Shown here: positions 9,896 through 19,485 of the stretch, one piece after another
Position numbering within the stretch: the stretch's first letter is position 1
Layout: each line of letters opens with the position of its first letter
NCBI GenBank assembly: GCA_963977015.1
Contig: CAXBMO010000002.1
Span: 96,001 to 160,000 of the forward strand
DNA: 64,000 bases
Source of the DNA: an uncultured bacterium
GTDB taxonomy: Bacteria; Verrucomicrobiota; Verrucomicrobiia; Verrucomicrobiales; DEV007
Direction of reading: 5' to 3'
Made by a program: the position numbers and the translations under genes
The notes under the pieces: model-generated
What the model was told of the DNA's origin: nothing
Database searches by the model: none
Seen by the model: the letters and a program-made list of their open reading frames with translations, nothing else

Positions 9896-11359
9896 ATGAT
9901 CTCCAGCCTAAAACCTCTCCTAGCCGGTCTCTGTATTCTTGCCATCCTTTCCGTTTGGTCCCAAGCTGAGGTTCGGGAATTCACCAGTTCCAGCGGGCAG
10001 AAAATCGTCGCGACGGTCTTGGAAGTGAAAGACGGGAAAGTGACCATCCAACGAAAGGATGGGCGAACGTTCACCGCCGCAATTTCCTTGTTCTCACCTG
10101 CAGACCAGGAATTCTTCAATCAATGGAAGCCGGCCGGAACCTCTGCCGGCTCCAGCAGTGATTGGTATCAGTGGAGAGGCCCCAACCGAAACGCGATTTC
10201 CGATGAATCCGGGCTCATGAGCGCGTGGGAGGATTCCGGCCCCTCGCTTTTGTGGAGAAACCGGGGATTGGGTTCCGGGATGTCGAGCCTGGTGATTTCA
10301 GGCGATCACTTTTTCACGATGGGCCAGATTGATGGCAAGACGATGATACTGTGTCGCAAGCTGGAAGATGGATCGGAAGTCTGGTCGACGCCCATCGGAA
10401 CGGGCGAGCCAAACTGCACTCCGACGGTTGATCCGGAATCGGGTCTTGTCTTCGGCCTCAGCAAAAAGGGCGAACTTGCCTGCCTCAACACGGAAGATGG
10501 CTCGCTGGTTTGGTCCACAGACTTTCAACGCGACTTTGGTGGGCAGATGATGTCGGGATGGGGCTACAGCGAATCGCCCCTGGTCGATGGGGATCGCTTG
10601 ATTTGCTCGCCCGGAGGAGACGAGGCGTTGCTTGCCGCGCTGGACAAGAGAACGGGAGAGACCATCTGGAAAACGCGAGCTCCCGACGGAGATCTTGGCC
10701 CGGCAGGAAAAGCGGGCGCGGGATATGGTTCGATCGTGATTTCGAATGGGGCAGGTATCAAGCACTACGTCCAGTTGGTTGGTCGCGGCTTGGTTGGCGT
10801 CTCCGCGGAGGACGGTCGCTTGCTCTGGAACTACAATCGCATCGCCAATGGCACGGCAAACGTGCCAACGCCCATTGTATCAGGTGACCTGGTGTTCGGC
10901 TCAACGGGTTACAATGATGGAGGAAGCGCGCTTCTGGAGCTTCGCAAGCGCGGGAATTCCGGCGTCTCTGCCAACGAGAGATACTACAAGAGCAACCGCG
11001 AGCTGCAAAATCACCATGGTGGAATGATCCTGCTTGGCGAGCACCTCTATCTGGGTCACGGGCACAACAACGGCTTTCCTGCCTGTATCGAACTCGAGAG
11101 CGGAGAAGCGCTTTGGGAGATTGACCGGGGTCCGGGATCCGGTTCCGCCGCAATCGTCTACGCCGATGGCCATCTCTACTTCCGCTACCAAGACCACACC
11201 ATGGCACTCTTTGAAGCCAATCCCAACGAACTGAAATTGAAGGGGACCTTCAAGATCGCATCTTCCAACAAGGAGAGCTGGCCGCATCCCGTGATTCAGG
11301 ACGGCAAACTTTACCTTCGCGATCAGGATGAGATTCTGTGCTACGACATCAAGGGATAA
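9896..11359 (+). CDS. Secreted PQQ-binding-like (BamB-type) beta-propeller with N-terminal SHD1-like domain
   Basis: Signal peptide; REFTSSSGQKIVATV...SLFSPADQEF (SHD1-like); DWYQWRGPNRN and repeated G-x-x-x-W blades; WPHPVIQDGKLYLRD. Confidence 0.88.
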   Translation: MISSLKPLLAGLCILAILSVWSQAEVREFTSSSGQKIVATVLEVKDGKVTIQRKDGRTFTAAISLFSPADQEFFNQWKPAGTSAGSSSDWYQWRGPNRNAISDESGLMSAWEDSGPSLLWRNRGLGSGMSSLVISGDHFFTMGQIDGKTMILCRKLEDGSEVWSTPIGTGEPNCTPTVDPESGLVFGLSKKGELACLNTEDGSLVWSTDFQRDFGGQMMSGWGYSESPLVDGDRLICSPGGDEALLAALDKRTGETIWKTRAPDGDLGPAGKAGAGYGSIVISNGAGIKHYVQLVGRGLVGVSAEDGRLLWNYNRIANGTANVPTPIVSGDLVFGSTGYNDGGSALLELRKRGNSGVSANERYYKSNRELQNHHGGMILLGEHLYLGHGHNNGFPACIELESGEALWEIDRGPGSGSAAIVYADGHLYFRYQDHTMALFEANPNELKLKGTFKIASSNKESWPHPVIQDGKLYLRDQDEILCYDIKG

Positions 11360-11374
11360 GCACCAGGATCCAGG

Positions 11375-12838
11375 CTAATGGTCGAGCAGCTTGTGAAAGA
11401 TTTTTTCCAAGAGATCCGCCTGACTCTCCGACAATTCGGTCGCATCCCACTTGGCCGCATCCGCGTTCACCGGTGTCAGCGTCGTCTCCACAGCTACGTT
11501 GGGATCGATCTCTTCCAGTAGACGTTGCGTGAGATCTTCGCGCCAATCATCAAGCGTTCCAGTAAGCCGAATCTGCGCCCAACTCCAGCCCGCAGCGGGA
11601 TAACTGAACCCGCCCGGCTTTCCTCCCGGAAATCGACCGACCACGGGAGCAGGGAGCGCCAAGTCAACGACTCCAGCCAACTCGCTCCCCACAATCGATA
11701 CTCGCCCCTGCATTCGCACCAATTCCGTCTCTTCGAAGACGATTTGATTCAATCGCACCAAGCCTGGCGTCCATTCGATTTCCCCATTGGCCCAATCCGA
11801 CTCGAGATTGGCCAGACGCCCGTCACCGGTCTGGCTGGAAATGAGCTTAAACATGCGCCAGTCGCTCATCTCAAGTCCCGTGAGCTGAAATCCCCCCAGG
11901 AAGCGAAATCGGTGAAGCTCCGGAAACCGCGCCACAAATTTGCCCTTCGCATCAATTGCGACCTGTTTCACCGGATTGGTCGTCGTTTTGATTCCTGACT
12001 GAAGTCCAAGTTTGATTCCGCGTGCTTCCACTTCAGCCGTCAACTCGTGACTTGCTCCATCGGTTGCAACGGGCCGAATCAGAATCTCCGAGCCATCTTT
12101 CCGGGAAACTTTTCCGTTCTCAAGTTTCCATCCCACCTCACTAACAGCCCCCACCAATTCGTCGAGATGCCATGGCTCGCCGCCACCCAACTTCAGTTCC
12201 CCATTCTGAATCTCCCAATTCAAGACCCCGTCGGAAAAACTCCCCTTTGCTTTGGTATCGACTGAAAAACTGGGAGCCCTGTTCCCATACGATGGCCCCT
12301 CCACCATGAGATTTGCGGCCCGAATCGAGGGAATGGAAATCGTGAACGGGATCACTCTCGATTCCGCGATATTCTGCAATACATCGGGGCTGAAATAGGA
12401 TGCAGCCGCCTCTTCCCGCGCCTGCCGTGGCGCATTGCCCAGCCAAACATTCAAATTCCTGACCTGGCTGCTTCTGAGTTTCCAGGTGGGGCTCAGCAAC
12501 GAGCGTAAATCGAGTTCCAACGCCAGATTTTCCAGATGAACGGCCCATTTTCCTGCTTTGGAAGCAATCCAGACGTCAGACGTGTTCAGAAAAACCAAGC
12601 TGTGAGAATTGAGCGGCGAAATATAAACATCAGCCTCCAATTGCTCGCTCAACTGCCGCGTAATCGCCGCCCTGAATTCCGGGCTTTCACACTTCCGTGC
12701 CGAGAAAATCAAAGCGCCGGTGCACGTGACCAGGAGCAAAAGGAACAGCACAACGCCAGTCCAGATCAAACCTGTCTTTCGAGGCTTCTCCCCAGCCGAA
12801 ATTTCGCGGCCTCTGAGCGGCGTTTCTCGCATCGTCAA
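11375..12838 (-). CDS. Membrane-anchored beta-rich hypothetical protein (AsmA-like)
   Basis: Single N-terminal TM, long beta-strand-rich body, C-terminal WAQIRLTGTLDDWREDLTQRL typical of AsmA-like ends. Confidence 0.6.
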   Translation of the reverse strand: MTMRETPLRGREISAGEKPRKTGLIWTGVVLFLLLLVTCTGALIFSARKCESPEFRAAITRQLSEQLEADVYISPLNSHSLVFLNTSDVWIASKAGKWAVHLENLALELDLRSLLSPTWKLRSSQVRNLNVWLGNAPRQAREEAAASYFSPDVLQNIAESRVIPFTISIPSIRAANLMVEGPSYGNRAPSFSVDTKAKGSFSDGVLNWEIQNGELKLGGGEPWHLDELVGAVSEVGWKLENGKVSRKDGSEILIRPVATDGASHELTAEVEARGIKLGLQSGIKTTTNPVKQVAIDAKGKFVARFPELHRFRFLGGFQLTGLEMSDWRMFKLISSQTGDGRLANLESDWANGEIEWTPGLVRLNQIVFEETELVRMQGRVSIVGSELAGVVDLALPAPVVGRFPGGKPGGFSYPAAGWSWAQIRLTGTLDDWREDLTQRLLEEIDPNVAVETTLTPVNADAAKWDATELSESQADLLEKIFHKLLDH

Positions 12839-12877
12839 AAGATAGACGTAAAAAGATGCTGATGCGATGAATGTTCC

Positions 12878-15325
12878 TTACAAAGATGCCTGGATCGCCT
12901 CTTTGATCGGGGTCCCGGAAGGATCTACAACGCTAACCGTGACAAAGAAAATCACCGCTTGTCTCTCATTCTCTTCAATATTGGATGAGAACAATTTTCC
13001 AAGAACCGGCACATCTCCCAAAATCGGAACACGATCCTGAATCATCGCGCGGCGCTCTTGCCGCAATCCACCAATCGCAATGGTGTGTCCGTCATAAACT
13101 TCGACCGACGTTGTGTTCCGAAGCGTCCGGAAAATAGGCATCAGAATTTCATTGGTCGTTGCAACGGTCGTTTCTCCACCAATGCCGACCTGTTGATAGG
13201 GAGATCCATAATTGATGAACCCTTGAAACTCAATGACCTCCGGATTGAGCGTCACCGAAATCGTCTCTCCGTCAGGCCCAATCGCCCCCTCCACCTCAAC
13301 AATGGAACCCAATTCACGCATCTCGAACGCGGTGGGAGTCGCCGGAGTAACCGGAACAGGGGATTGACCCGATCCGCCGATACCACCAATCGAGACCGAA
13401 GCAAAGACATCGTCAGGAATCTCAGGAGGATCATATTCGGTGGGGTAGATGAATTCCCTGACCGCCTTGGCCGATGCAATTTGTCCGGCTCGGGTTAACA
13501 CGGACATATTGGACGCAATATCGACTCCCCTTGCCTGATTGAGACTCCGTAGGACGACCTGAAATTGAGGATCCGTAAAGACACCGGCCAAAGCAAGTGT
13601 TCCCGGCGCTTTCCCCGTGGAAGAGGCGTTACTCGCGGTCGATCCATTTGCCAAAAGATTGTCCAGCGTATTGGGGAGCGCCCCTCCGCTTCGGTTGCCG
13701 GCGGTAAGGGGATTCTCACCAACCGGAGTCGTTGCCCCGGGGGCGCTAAAGGGGAAATCGTTCGAAGTCGTGCCTCCCGAGGATGCGTTCCCCTCCGTTC
13801 CTCCTCCGGCAAAGACGCGGTTGGAGTCACCAACGTTGAATTGCCCCAACAACCAATCGAACCCAATCTCGGCCAATCGTGTCTCTGTCACCTCCAAAAC
13901 CTTGACATCGAATTTCAAAAGCTGGGCAACGTTTCCGTAAGAGGCATCAATCAACGTCTCGATGAGATCGAGTTGAGTGAGGGTGTTGCGAACCAGCAGC
14001 GTACTCGTTTCCGGGAAAAACGTGGCAGTTCCGCCTTCAGCGAACTGAATACCGTTGTTGGTGAGAAACTCCTTGGCCGTTAATTTGGGTTGCAAGGCGC
14101 CGCCCCCTCCTCCGCCACCACCCAGATCAGCAAAGGGATCGGCATTACCACCAAATGGATCATCCCCACCACCAAGCGCGCCACCTGAAATAAAATCAGG
14201 AGGAACCCGATAGCGTTTTGTAATCAGCTGCTCGTCATCTGGCGCGGTCAGCGGAACGACCGTGATCGCATACTGATCCACGCGATATTTCATCCGCGCC
14301 AACTGGGTTGTGTAGTCGAGAACCGTTCCCAACGGCACATCCTTCAACCGCAAGGTTATTGGAGCGTTACTCGCGTTACCCTGAGCATTCGATAAGATGA
14401 TATCAACCCCTGCGCCGGTTGGGTCGATCTGCTTGCTGCGCTGGGACAAGAAGAAGAGGGCGTCGCGAAGTGGCGTCCCAACAAACTCCACATCGGGAAG
14501 CACAATCGAAGTCAGCTTTGACCGAATTGAATTCGCCTCAGTCGGATTGAGTTCCCGGAACGACGTATCAGCAAGAGCACTCAACCCCATTCGCGGAACG
14601 GGATTCTCCCACATGGCGCTGACGTCCGTCAGCATCGTCGCACGGGTTGAATCATAGGCCGCCTGATTGTAGGCGTTGATCAACTTGTCCACGTTTTCCA
14701 TCCCTCGCCGCGCCGCCTTGTTGTAGGGGTCGTAGTTCAAAATCTCGGCGTAGTGCATCGTCGCCTCATCATAGCGGCCCAGTTGGGCTGCGGAATCTGC
14801 CAAAATGAACAACTCCTGAACCCTCTCAACCCGCTCCAGGTTCTTGGGACTTTGCGCGGGTTCATAAACTCCACTTCCCTTCAAATCCTCAAAGAGGAGC
14901 GCGGTTTTGCGATCGATCGCACTGGGCGGAACCATGCTCCGTTGAGCGTCCCGATAAAATTCCTGAACAAGGTCGTGGGCTTCATTCATTCGCCCCTGTC
15001 TCGCCATTTCGTCCGCGTATTGTCGAAGAGCTTCCTGATACTTACTGAAGGCGAGCATCCGAATTTGCCGGCCGGCGGCATGAACCGGAGCCTCTTGGAA
15101 TGCCCGGCGATAGGTCTCATAGGCACCAGCACGATCCTCATCAGCCAGTCTGCGATCTCCTTCCAACATCAGGCGTTGAACGTTGGAAAGATCTTCCTGA
15201 CGACGAATGGACGCTTTGCGCGCCGCTTCGGTCACCGGACTTACCTCCTGGCCGGCCACGGGCCACGCCATTGCGGTAAGTAGGGCGATTACGAAAAGCG
15301 ATCGCAGTTGAGAACGAGGTTCCAT
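12878..15325 (-). CDS. Outer-membrane secretin (type II/IV pilus, Amuc_1098/PilQ-like) with N-terminal TPR region
   Basis: Signal peptide from MEPRSQ; STN-like LPDVEFVGTPLRDAL...ITLRLKDVPL; REFIYPTEYDPP; secretin C-terminus DGHTIAIGGL...DRVPILGDVPVLGKLF. Confidence 0.9.
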   Translation of the reverse strand: MEPRSQLRSLFVIALLTAMAWPVAGQEVSPVTEAARKASIRRQEDLSNVQRLMLEGDRRLADEDRAGAYETYRRAFQEAPVHAAGRQIRMLAFSKYQEALRQYADEMARQGRMNEAHDLVQEFYRDAQRSMVPPSAIDRKTALLFEDLKGSGVYEPAQSPKNLERVERVQELFILADSAAQLGRYDEATMHYAEILNYDPYNKAARRGMENVDKLINAYNQAAYDSTRATMLTDVSAMWENPVPRMGLSALADTSFRELNPTEANSIRSKLTSIVLPDVEFVGTPLRDALFFLSQRSKQIDPTGAGVDIILSNAQGNASNAPITLRLKDVPLGTVLDYTTQLARMKYRVDQYAITVVPLTAPDDEQLITKRYRVPPDFISGGALGGGDDPFGGNADPFADLGGGGGGGGALQPKLTAKEFLTNNGIQFAEGGTATFFPETSTLLVRNTLTQLDLIETLIDASYGNVAQLLKFDVKVLEVTETRLAEIGFDWLLGQFNVGDSNRVFAGGGTEGNASSGGTTSNDFPFSAPGATTPVGENPLTAGNRSGGALPNTLDNLLANGSTASNASSTGKAPGTLALAGVFTDPQFQVVLRSLNQARGVDIASNMSVLTRAGQIASAKAVREFIYPTEYDPPEIPDDVFASVSIGGIGGSGQSPVPVTPATPTAFEMRELGSIVEVEGAIGPDGETISVTLNPEVIEFQGFINYGSPYQQVGIGGETTVATTNEILMPIFRTLRNTTSVEVYDGHTIAIGGLRQERRAMIQDRVPILGDVPVLGKLFSSNIEENERQAVIFFVTVSVVDPSGTPIKEAIQASL

Positions 15326-15489
15326 TAAGAATTTTAAAAACTTAACAACGATAAGACGTGAGCAAGTTGGGAATAAAACGGATATTTGTTCGGGTTGGCG
15401 AGTTTGGCGCAAATCGTCTCCCTTGTAACGCAAAATTTTACCCGGCCCGATAAAATTTAAAAATCCGTGCCCGATCCCCCGACGAGATC

Positions 15490-16443
15490 CTAATTCTCTC
15501 CCTCGATCAATCCGTCGATAAACCCGGAATAGCGCAGAATTCCCGCCGCAACCGACTTCAACAGATGAACGGGATCGACCTCTTCGCCCCATTCAACGTG
15601 AACGGCAGCCCCGGTTGAACTCTGAAATGGGTGGGATGGCATTTGGTGAATCCCGGCATCAATCGCATTTCCATTCTTTGCTCCCGGCCCAAATGCCAAT
15701 CCACTCTGAATCAGGGTCGCCAAAGCGAGACTTTCGGCCGCGAACCGGTTCCCCGGATAAACGTGACGGACTTCCTCCGCAGAGTTGGCCATCATCGCGC
15801 GTTCCGGTGATCCCGGAGCCGCGAGGACGGAGCAGCGATACTCATAATGCGAAAGTTTGCCGTTGCCCTGGAAGCGAAGCCACAGAATACCCGCGCCCGA
15901 ATTGGCCTCCGCTGAAATCACTCCCGAGTTGGTCGGAACAAGTTCCACAGTTACCCCGAAACCGGCAAGCGCGTGTTGAAGCTCGAGAGTAATGTCATTG
16001 GCATCAGGCCGGGTTGACCATTTGTCTTCAACCGCCTCAACGTAAACGGTTTTGATGGGCTGAGGCTTAATGTGCTCCGTAGGACGCAAAATCAAATCCA
16101 ACAGGTTTGCCACATCAAACGCAGAGATGTGCGGTCGTTTTTCGATCATGGTCGGCGCATAGCTCAGCGCGTAAGTGAGACCATTGATGTGGAGCATTTT
16201 ATCGTCCACCTCCCCCTTGATTACCGCCCCTGATCCCCGTAGTTCAAACGTCGATTCCAGGGTTTTGGCCGTTTTAAACCCGTAGCTTTTCTGGATGCTT
16301 TCCAGCGATAAGTAAGGCCGTCCGCGATAGGTCGCGACCTCCCAATCATCAGCCCGAACGACCGATATTGTGGTGAGTCCGATCAGGAACAACGGAATGA
16401 GTCTTGAGCAAGCTTGACGCGCCAAATTGGAGGCAATGCGCAT
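15490..16443 (-). CDS. Exported N-acetylmuramoyl-L-alanine amidase-like protein lacking the Zn-binding histidines (pseudo-amidase)
   Basis: Signal peptide; Amidase_3-like order of elements but KTVYVEAVED in place of IDPGHGG and LWLRFQG in place of SIHxN; SLALATLIQSGL...DAGI...AVHVEWG retained. Confidence 0.6.
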   Translation of the reverse strand: MRIASNLARQACSRLIPLFLIGLTTISVVRADDWEVATYRGRPYLSLESIQKSYGFKTAKTLESTFELRGSGAVIKGEVDDKMLHINGLTYALSYAPTMIEKRPHISAFDVANLLDLILRPTEHIKPQPIKTVYVEAVEDKWSTRPDANDITLELQHALAGFGVTVELVPTNSGVISAEANSGAGILWLRFQGNGKLSHYEYRCSVLAAPGSPERAMMANSAEEVRHVYPGNRFAAESLALATLIQSGLAFGPGAKNGNAIDAGIHQMPSHPFQSSTGAAVHVEWGEEVDPVHLLKSVAAGILRYSGFIDGLIEGEN

Positions 16444-16515
16444 GGGGTTAGGATCGCTGATTCTGGAAAAAGGCACAATCTGAATCTCCCTCGGTCCTCA
16501 AAATGAGCGAAACCG

Positions 16516-18036
16516 TCACTCCAAGAAGGCAGCCAAGTCTGCTTTGAACTTCGCCAGAGCTTCCAGATTCGTGTACATCATGTGACCCCCGTCGTAGTAA
16601 AAGGTTTCAATGTTTTCACGCAGACTGGGATCAATGGAAAGGTGATTCAGCGAATACTCAATCGCTGCCGGAGGGGTTGCCAGATCGTAATATCCGGCTG
16701 CGACAAAGACCTTGAGGTGCGGATTCTTCGTCATCGCATCCGTCAACCGGCTCCCGACATTCACATAGCGATTCGTAAACGGCTTGTAATCCCAGGGATG
16801 AACTGAGCCGGTCAAAAACTCATAAACCGCTTCGCTCTTGAACCCGATTTCATCGCGCAAATAGTGATTCATGGCACTCGAGAAGGGCCCCATGACCGCC
16901 GCACCCGAGGCGTCGTAGTCCGGATAATTTCCGGCCTTGTCAGGATCAATCCCGATCACCCGAGCGTCGAATCGACCGACGGACTTCCCTTGTTCCCGCA
17001 ACAGCAACTTCCGAAAGTAAAAGGCATCGGGCCGAAGATCGGCTCTTTCGATTTCAGCGGCGTCCAAACCCGTGAACTCAACCAATTTATCGACGATCGC
17101 CGTTCGGGTTTCGCTGTCGAGGGTATTTCCCTTCAACAAGGCATCGGCGTAATCGCCAAAGGCAAACTGATGAGCGGCTTCGTAAGCCTCCTTCGGGGAG
17201 GTCGCGTTGTTCTCGTCGTGATAGGAGGCCGTAGCCGCATAACTCGGCAGGAAGAAGAGGTAAGGCAGGTCGTTCCCCTGATGAAAAAGGATCGTCGAAA
17301 AATCCAGCAATGCTGAAACGAGAACAATTCCGTTCAAATACATCCCATATCGTCCCTGCAGATGCTCAGACAATCCGGCGGCACGGATTCCGCCGTAACT
17401 TTCCCCAATCAGGAACTTGGGAGAATCCCAGCGCCCATGCTCGGAGCAATACTGGTGAATGAAGGCTCCGACGGACTCAATATCCCCTTCCAAACCATGA
17501 AAACTGCCTTTCTTCTCCTCTTCCTCCGCTCGGCTGAACCCCGTGCTGACGGGATCGATAAACACGAGATCGACCACATCCAGAATCGAAAACTCGTTAT
17601 CGACGACTCCATACGGAGGCGCCGGCAATGTCGTTCCGGTCCCAGCTTCATCCAGCTTGACCCGACGAGGTCCGAGCCCGCCCAGATGAAGCCAAACGGA
17701 AGAGGAACCCGGTCCCCCATTGAAGCAGAAGGCGATCGGACGATCTTCCGCTTCGTCCCCAGGAACGACGGTGTAGGAGGTGTAGAAAATTTCCGCCCGG
17801 TCTGCTGCCGGATCTTTGGAGTCGGGCAAGGAAATGGAGGCAGCCGTAACCTCGTATTCGACGACGACGCCATCGATCGTCACCTGATTGGTCTTCGTGA
17901 CCGGCTCGGGTTTGGTCCCTTTTCCCGGCGCTTCCTTTTCGGGTTTCGGGGAATCTTCGGCTTTGGATTCCTCCTCCGCGTAAGCGAAGGGGAAAGCGAA
18001 ACAAGCAACGGCGAGGGTGGCGAAAAATCGATTCAT
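16516..18036 (-). CDS. Secreted serine carboxypeptidase, peptidase S10 family
   Basis: FNGGPGSSS, FIDPVSTGFS, catalytic GESYGG, GYYDLATP, GGHMMY. Confidence 0.93.
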   Translation of the reverse strand: MNRFFATLAVACFAFPFAYAEEESKAEDSPKPEKEAPGKGTKPEPVTKTNQVTIDGVVVEYEVTAASISLPDSKDPAADRAEIFYTSYTVVPGDEAEDRPIAFCFNGGPGSSSVWLHLGGLGPRRVKLDEAGTGTTLPAPPYGVVDNEFSILDVVDLVFIDPVSTGFSRAEEEEKKGSFHGLEGDIESVGAFIHQYCSEHGRWDSPKFLIGESYGGIRAAGLSEHLQGRYGMYLNGIVLVSALLDFSTILFHQGNDLPYLFFLPSYAATASYHDENNATSPKEAYEAAHQFAFGDYADALLKGNTLDSETRTAIVDKLVEFTGLDAAEIERADLRPDAFYFRKLLLREQGKSVGRFDARVIGIDPDKAGNYPDYDASGAAVMGPFSSAMNHYLRDEIGFKSEAVYEFLTGSVHPWDYKPFTNRYVNVGSRLTDAMTKNPHLKVFVAAGYYDLATPPAAIEYSLNHLSIDPSLRENIETFYYDGGHMMYTNLEALAKFKADLAAFLE

Positions 18037-18063
18037 TGGGGCTACGCCGAGGTAGCATGCCGC

Positions 18064-19467
18064 TCACTGCATTTCACCCGCTTTCCGCAACAAATCGACA
18101 AACTCACGGCGCTTTCCGCTCTCGTCATCGCCGAGCGCAGCTTCCGCAAGATTCGCCACCTCATCGAACGCAACTTCGCCAGTTTGAAGCTGCTCGCCAA
18201 GGGTCGCGATAGCTGCGGCAAATCGAAAATCGTCGCTGGCTTCGGAAAATTTCGCCCCACCGTCCACCAGTTCCGTCCTCAAGACGCGGGAACTGCCCCC
18301 CTTTGGCTCCTGATAAACCAGTTCAACGGTCAGCATTTCAGGATCGATTGGAAACAGCTTCCCGGGAGGCAAACTCGCCATCCGATTGCCATCCTTCGGA
18401 ATCTGTGGACCCCCATTTTTGCTCTGGTCATCTTCCACAAGAACGATCTCGTAGAGGGCCGTCATGGTGTGTCCGGATTTGGTGAGCTGATCCAAAGCTG
18501 GTCCATCCGGTTCAGAAGCGGGTTTGAGATCTCCGATGAACCGGTAGCCGGAAACGCGAAGCGGATTAAAATCGACACCAATCGCGGGATTGAGCGCAAC
18601 AGGACCGCCATCCGCTGAAACGGCTGATTTCACCCCAATCCGAACCAGGCGGTGCTGGGGCTGCCAAGGGCAGGCGGCAACTTCAAGATCCAGCCGAAAG
18701 CGCTGTGATCCGGACTCCGGAAGCGGGTAGTCATAATCAAACGCGTTGACCCACTGCTCAATGTGCACGTTTTCAGAATCAGGAAGACGCCCTTCCTTCA
18801 ATTCGCGTTTCACCAAGTCAAAGCTCGTCACATCCACTTCCATCGGGAAGGAAGCAATTTTTCGATCGAGCGGATCAATGAACCGAAGACTCCGCAGGTG
18901 ATCCGGAAGTGGATCGATGAAATGAGCCAACTGAACGCTCGGCACCGGAATCGAAACCGGAGTCGGGACCAATTTGCCCTTCGGCGAGATTTTGGGTTCC
19001 ACGATTCCAGCCCGCGGCACCGCGACCGAATCGGTGTTCTTGGCGACGACCTTTGGTTGGTCTTGAGTCTGAATCGTAATGCGAAATTCGCCTATCGTCA
19101 CTTCCTCCAGTTCTTCCTCAATGGGTTTCGGCGCAGCTGCCAATTGCTTTTCGGAGTTCCGGATTGAGACAAACACCACAGCAACACAAGCGGCGACACA
19201 GGCAGCCGCAACCATTCCTGCGCGAACAATGCTTCTCTGCCAAAACGTCGGCCGAATCACTTTCGGGGTAAAAGGGAGATCCCTCATCGCGGCTTCTTCC
19301 GCGGCAAATCCGACGCGCAAAGCGCCGACCGTCTCCAGAATTTCCGAAACCGCCTCACCGCCATCGGGAAGCTGTTCCAATTCCTGTTCGACATTGGCAC
19401 GCTCATCTCCACTCAGCTCTTCGAGAGCGAAAGCAGTCAGGCGAGGATCGTTTCTATCGAGTTTCAT
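18064..19467 (-). CDS. YfbK-like protein: anti-sigma-like N-terminus, TM, vWF_A-associated N domain and DUF3520-like C domain, with no central VWA domain
   Basis: DPRLTAFALEEL N-terminus; TM; FPMEVDVTSF...HIEQWVNAFDYDYP...CPWQPQHRLVRIG joined almost directly to VDFNP...YRFIG...TALYEIV...DFRFAAAIA; no DxSxS MIDAS. Confidence 0.78.
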   Translation of the reverse strand: MKLDRNDPRLTAFALEELSGDERANVEQELEQLPDGGEAVSEILETVGALRVGFAAEEAAMRDLPFTPKVIRPTFWQRSIVRAGMVAAACVAACVAVVFVSIRNSEKQLAAAPKPIEEELEEVTIGEFRITIQTQDQPKVVAKNTDSVAVPRAGIVEPKISPKGKLVPTPVSIPVPSVQLAHFIDPLPDHLRSLRFIDPLDRKIASFPMEVDVTSFDLVKRELKEGRLPDSENVHIEQWVNAFDYDYPLPESGSQRFRLDLEVAACPWQPQHRLVRIGVKSAVSADGGPVALNPAIGVDFNPLRVSGYRFIGDLKPASEPDGPALDQLTKSGHTMTALYEIVLVEDDQSKNGGPQIPKDGNRMASLPPGKLFPIDPEMLTVELVYQEPKGGSSRVLRTELVDGGAKFSEASDDFRFAAAIATLGEQLQTGEVAFDEVANLAEAALGDDESGKRREFVDLLRKAGEMQ

Positions 19468-19485
19468 CGTTCAATGGAGAGAAAG

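Noticed and set aside
15326-15592. N-terminal extension of the secretin ORF in the track
   Set aside because: Overlaps the upstream gene and precedes a good signal peptide starting at MEPRSQ (15325).
17362-18618. 418-aa plus-strand ORF (likewise 29679..30833, 55276..56571, 58372..59298, 60106..61191)
   Set aside because: Antisense to well-supported genes, no recognisable domains.
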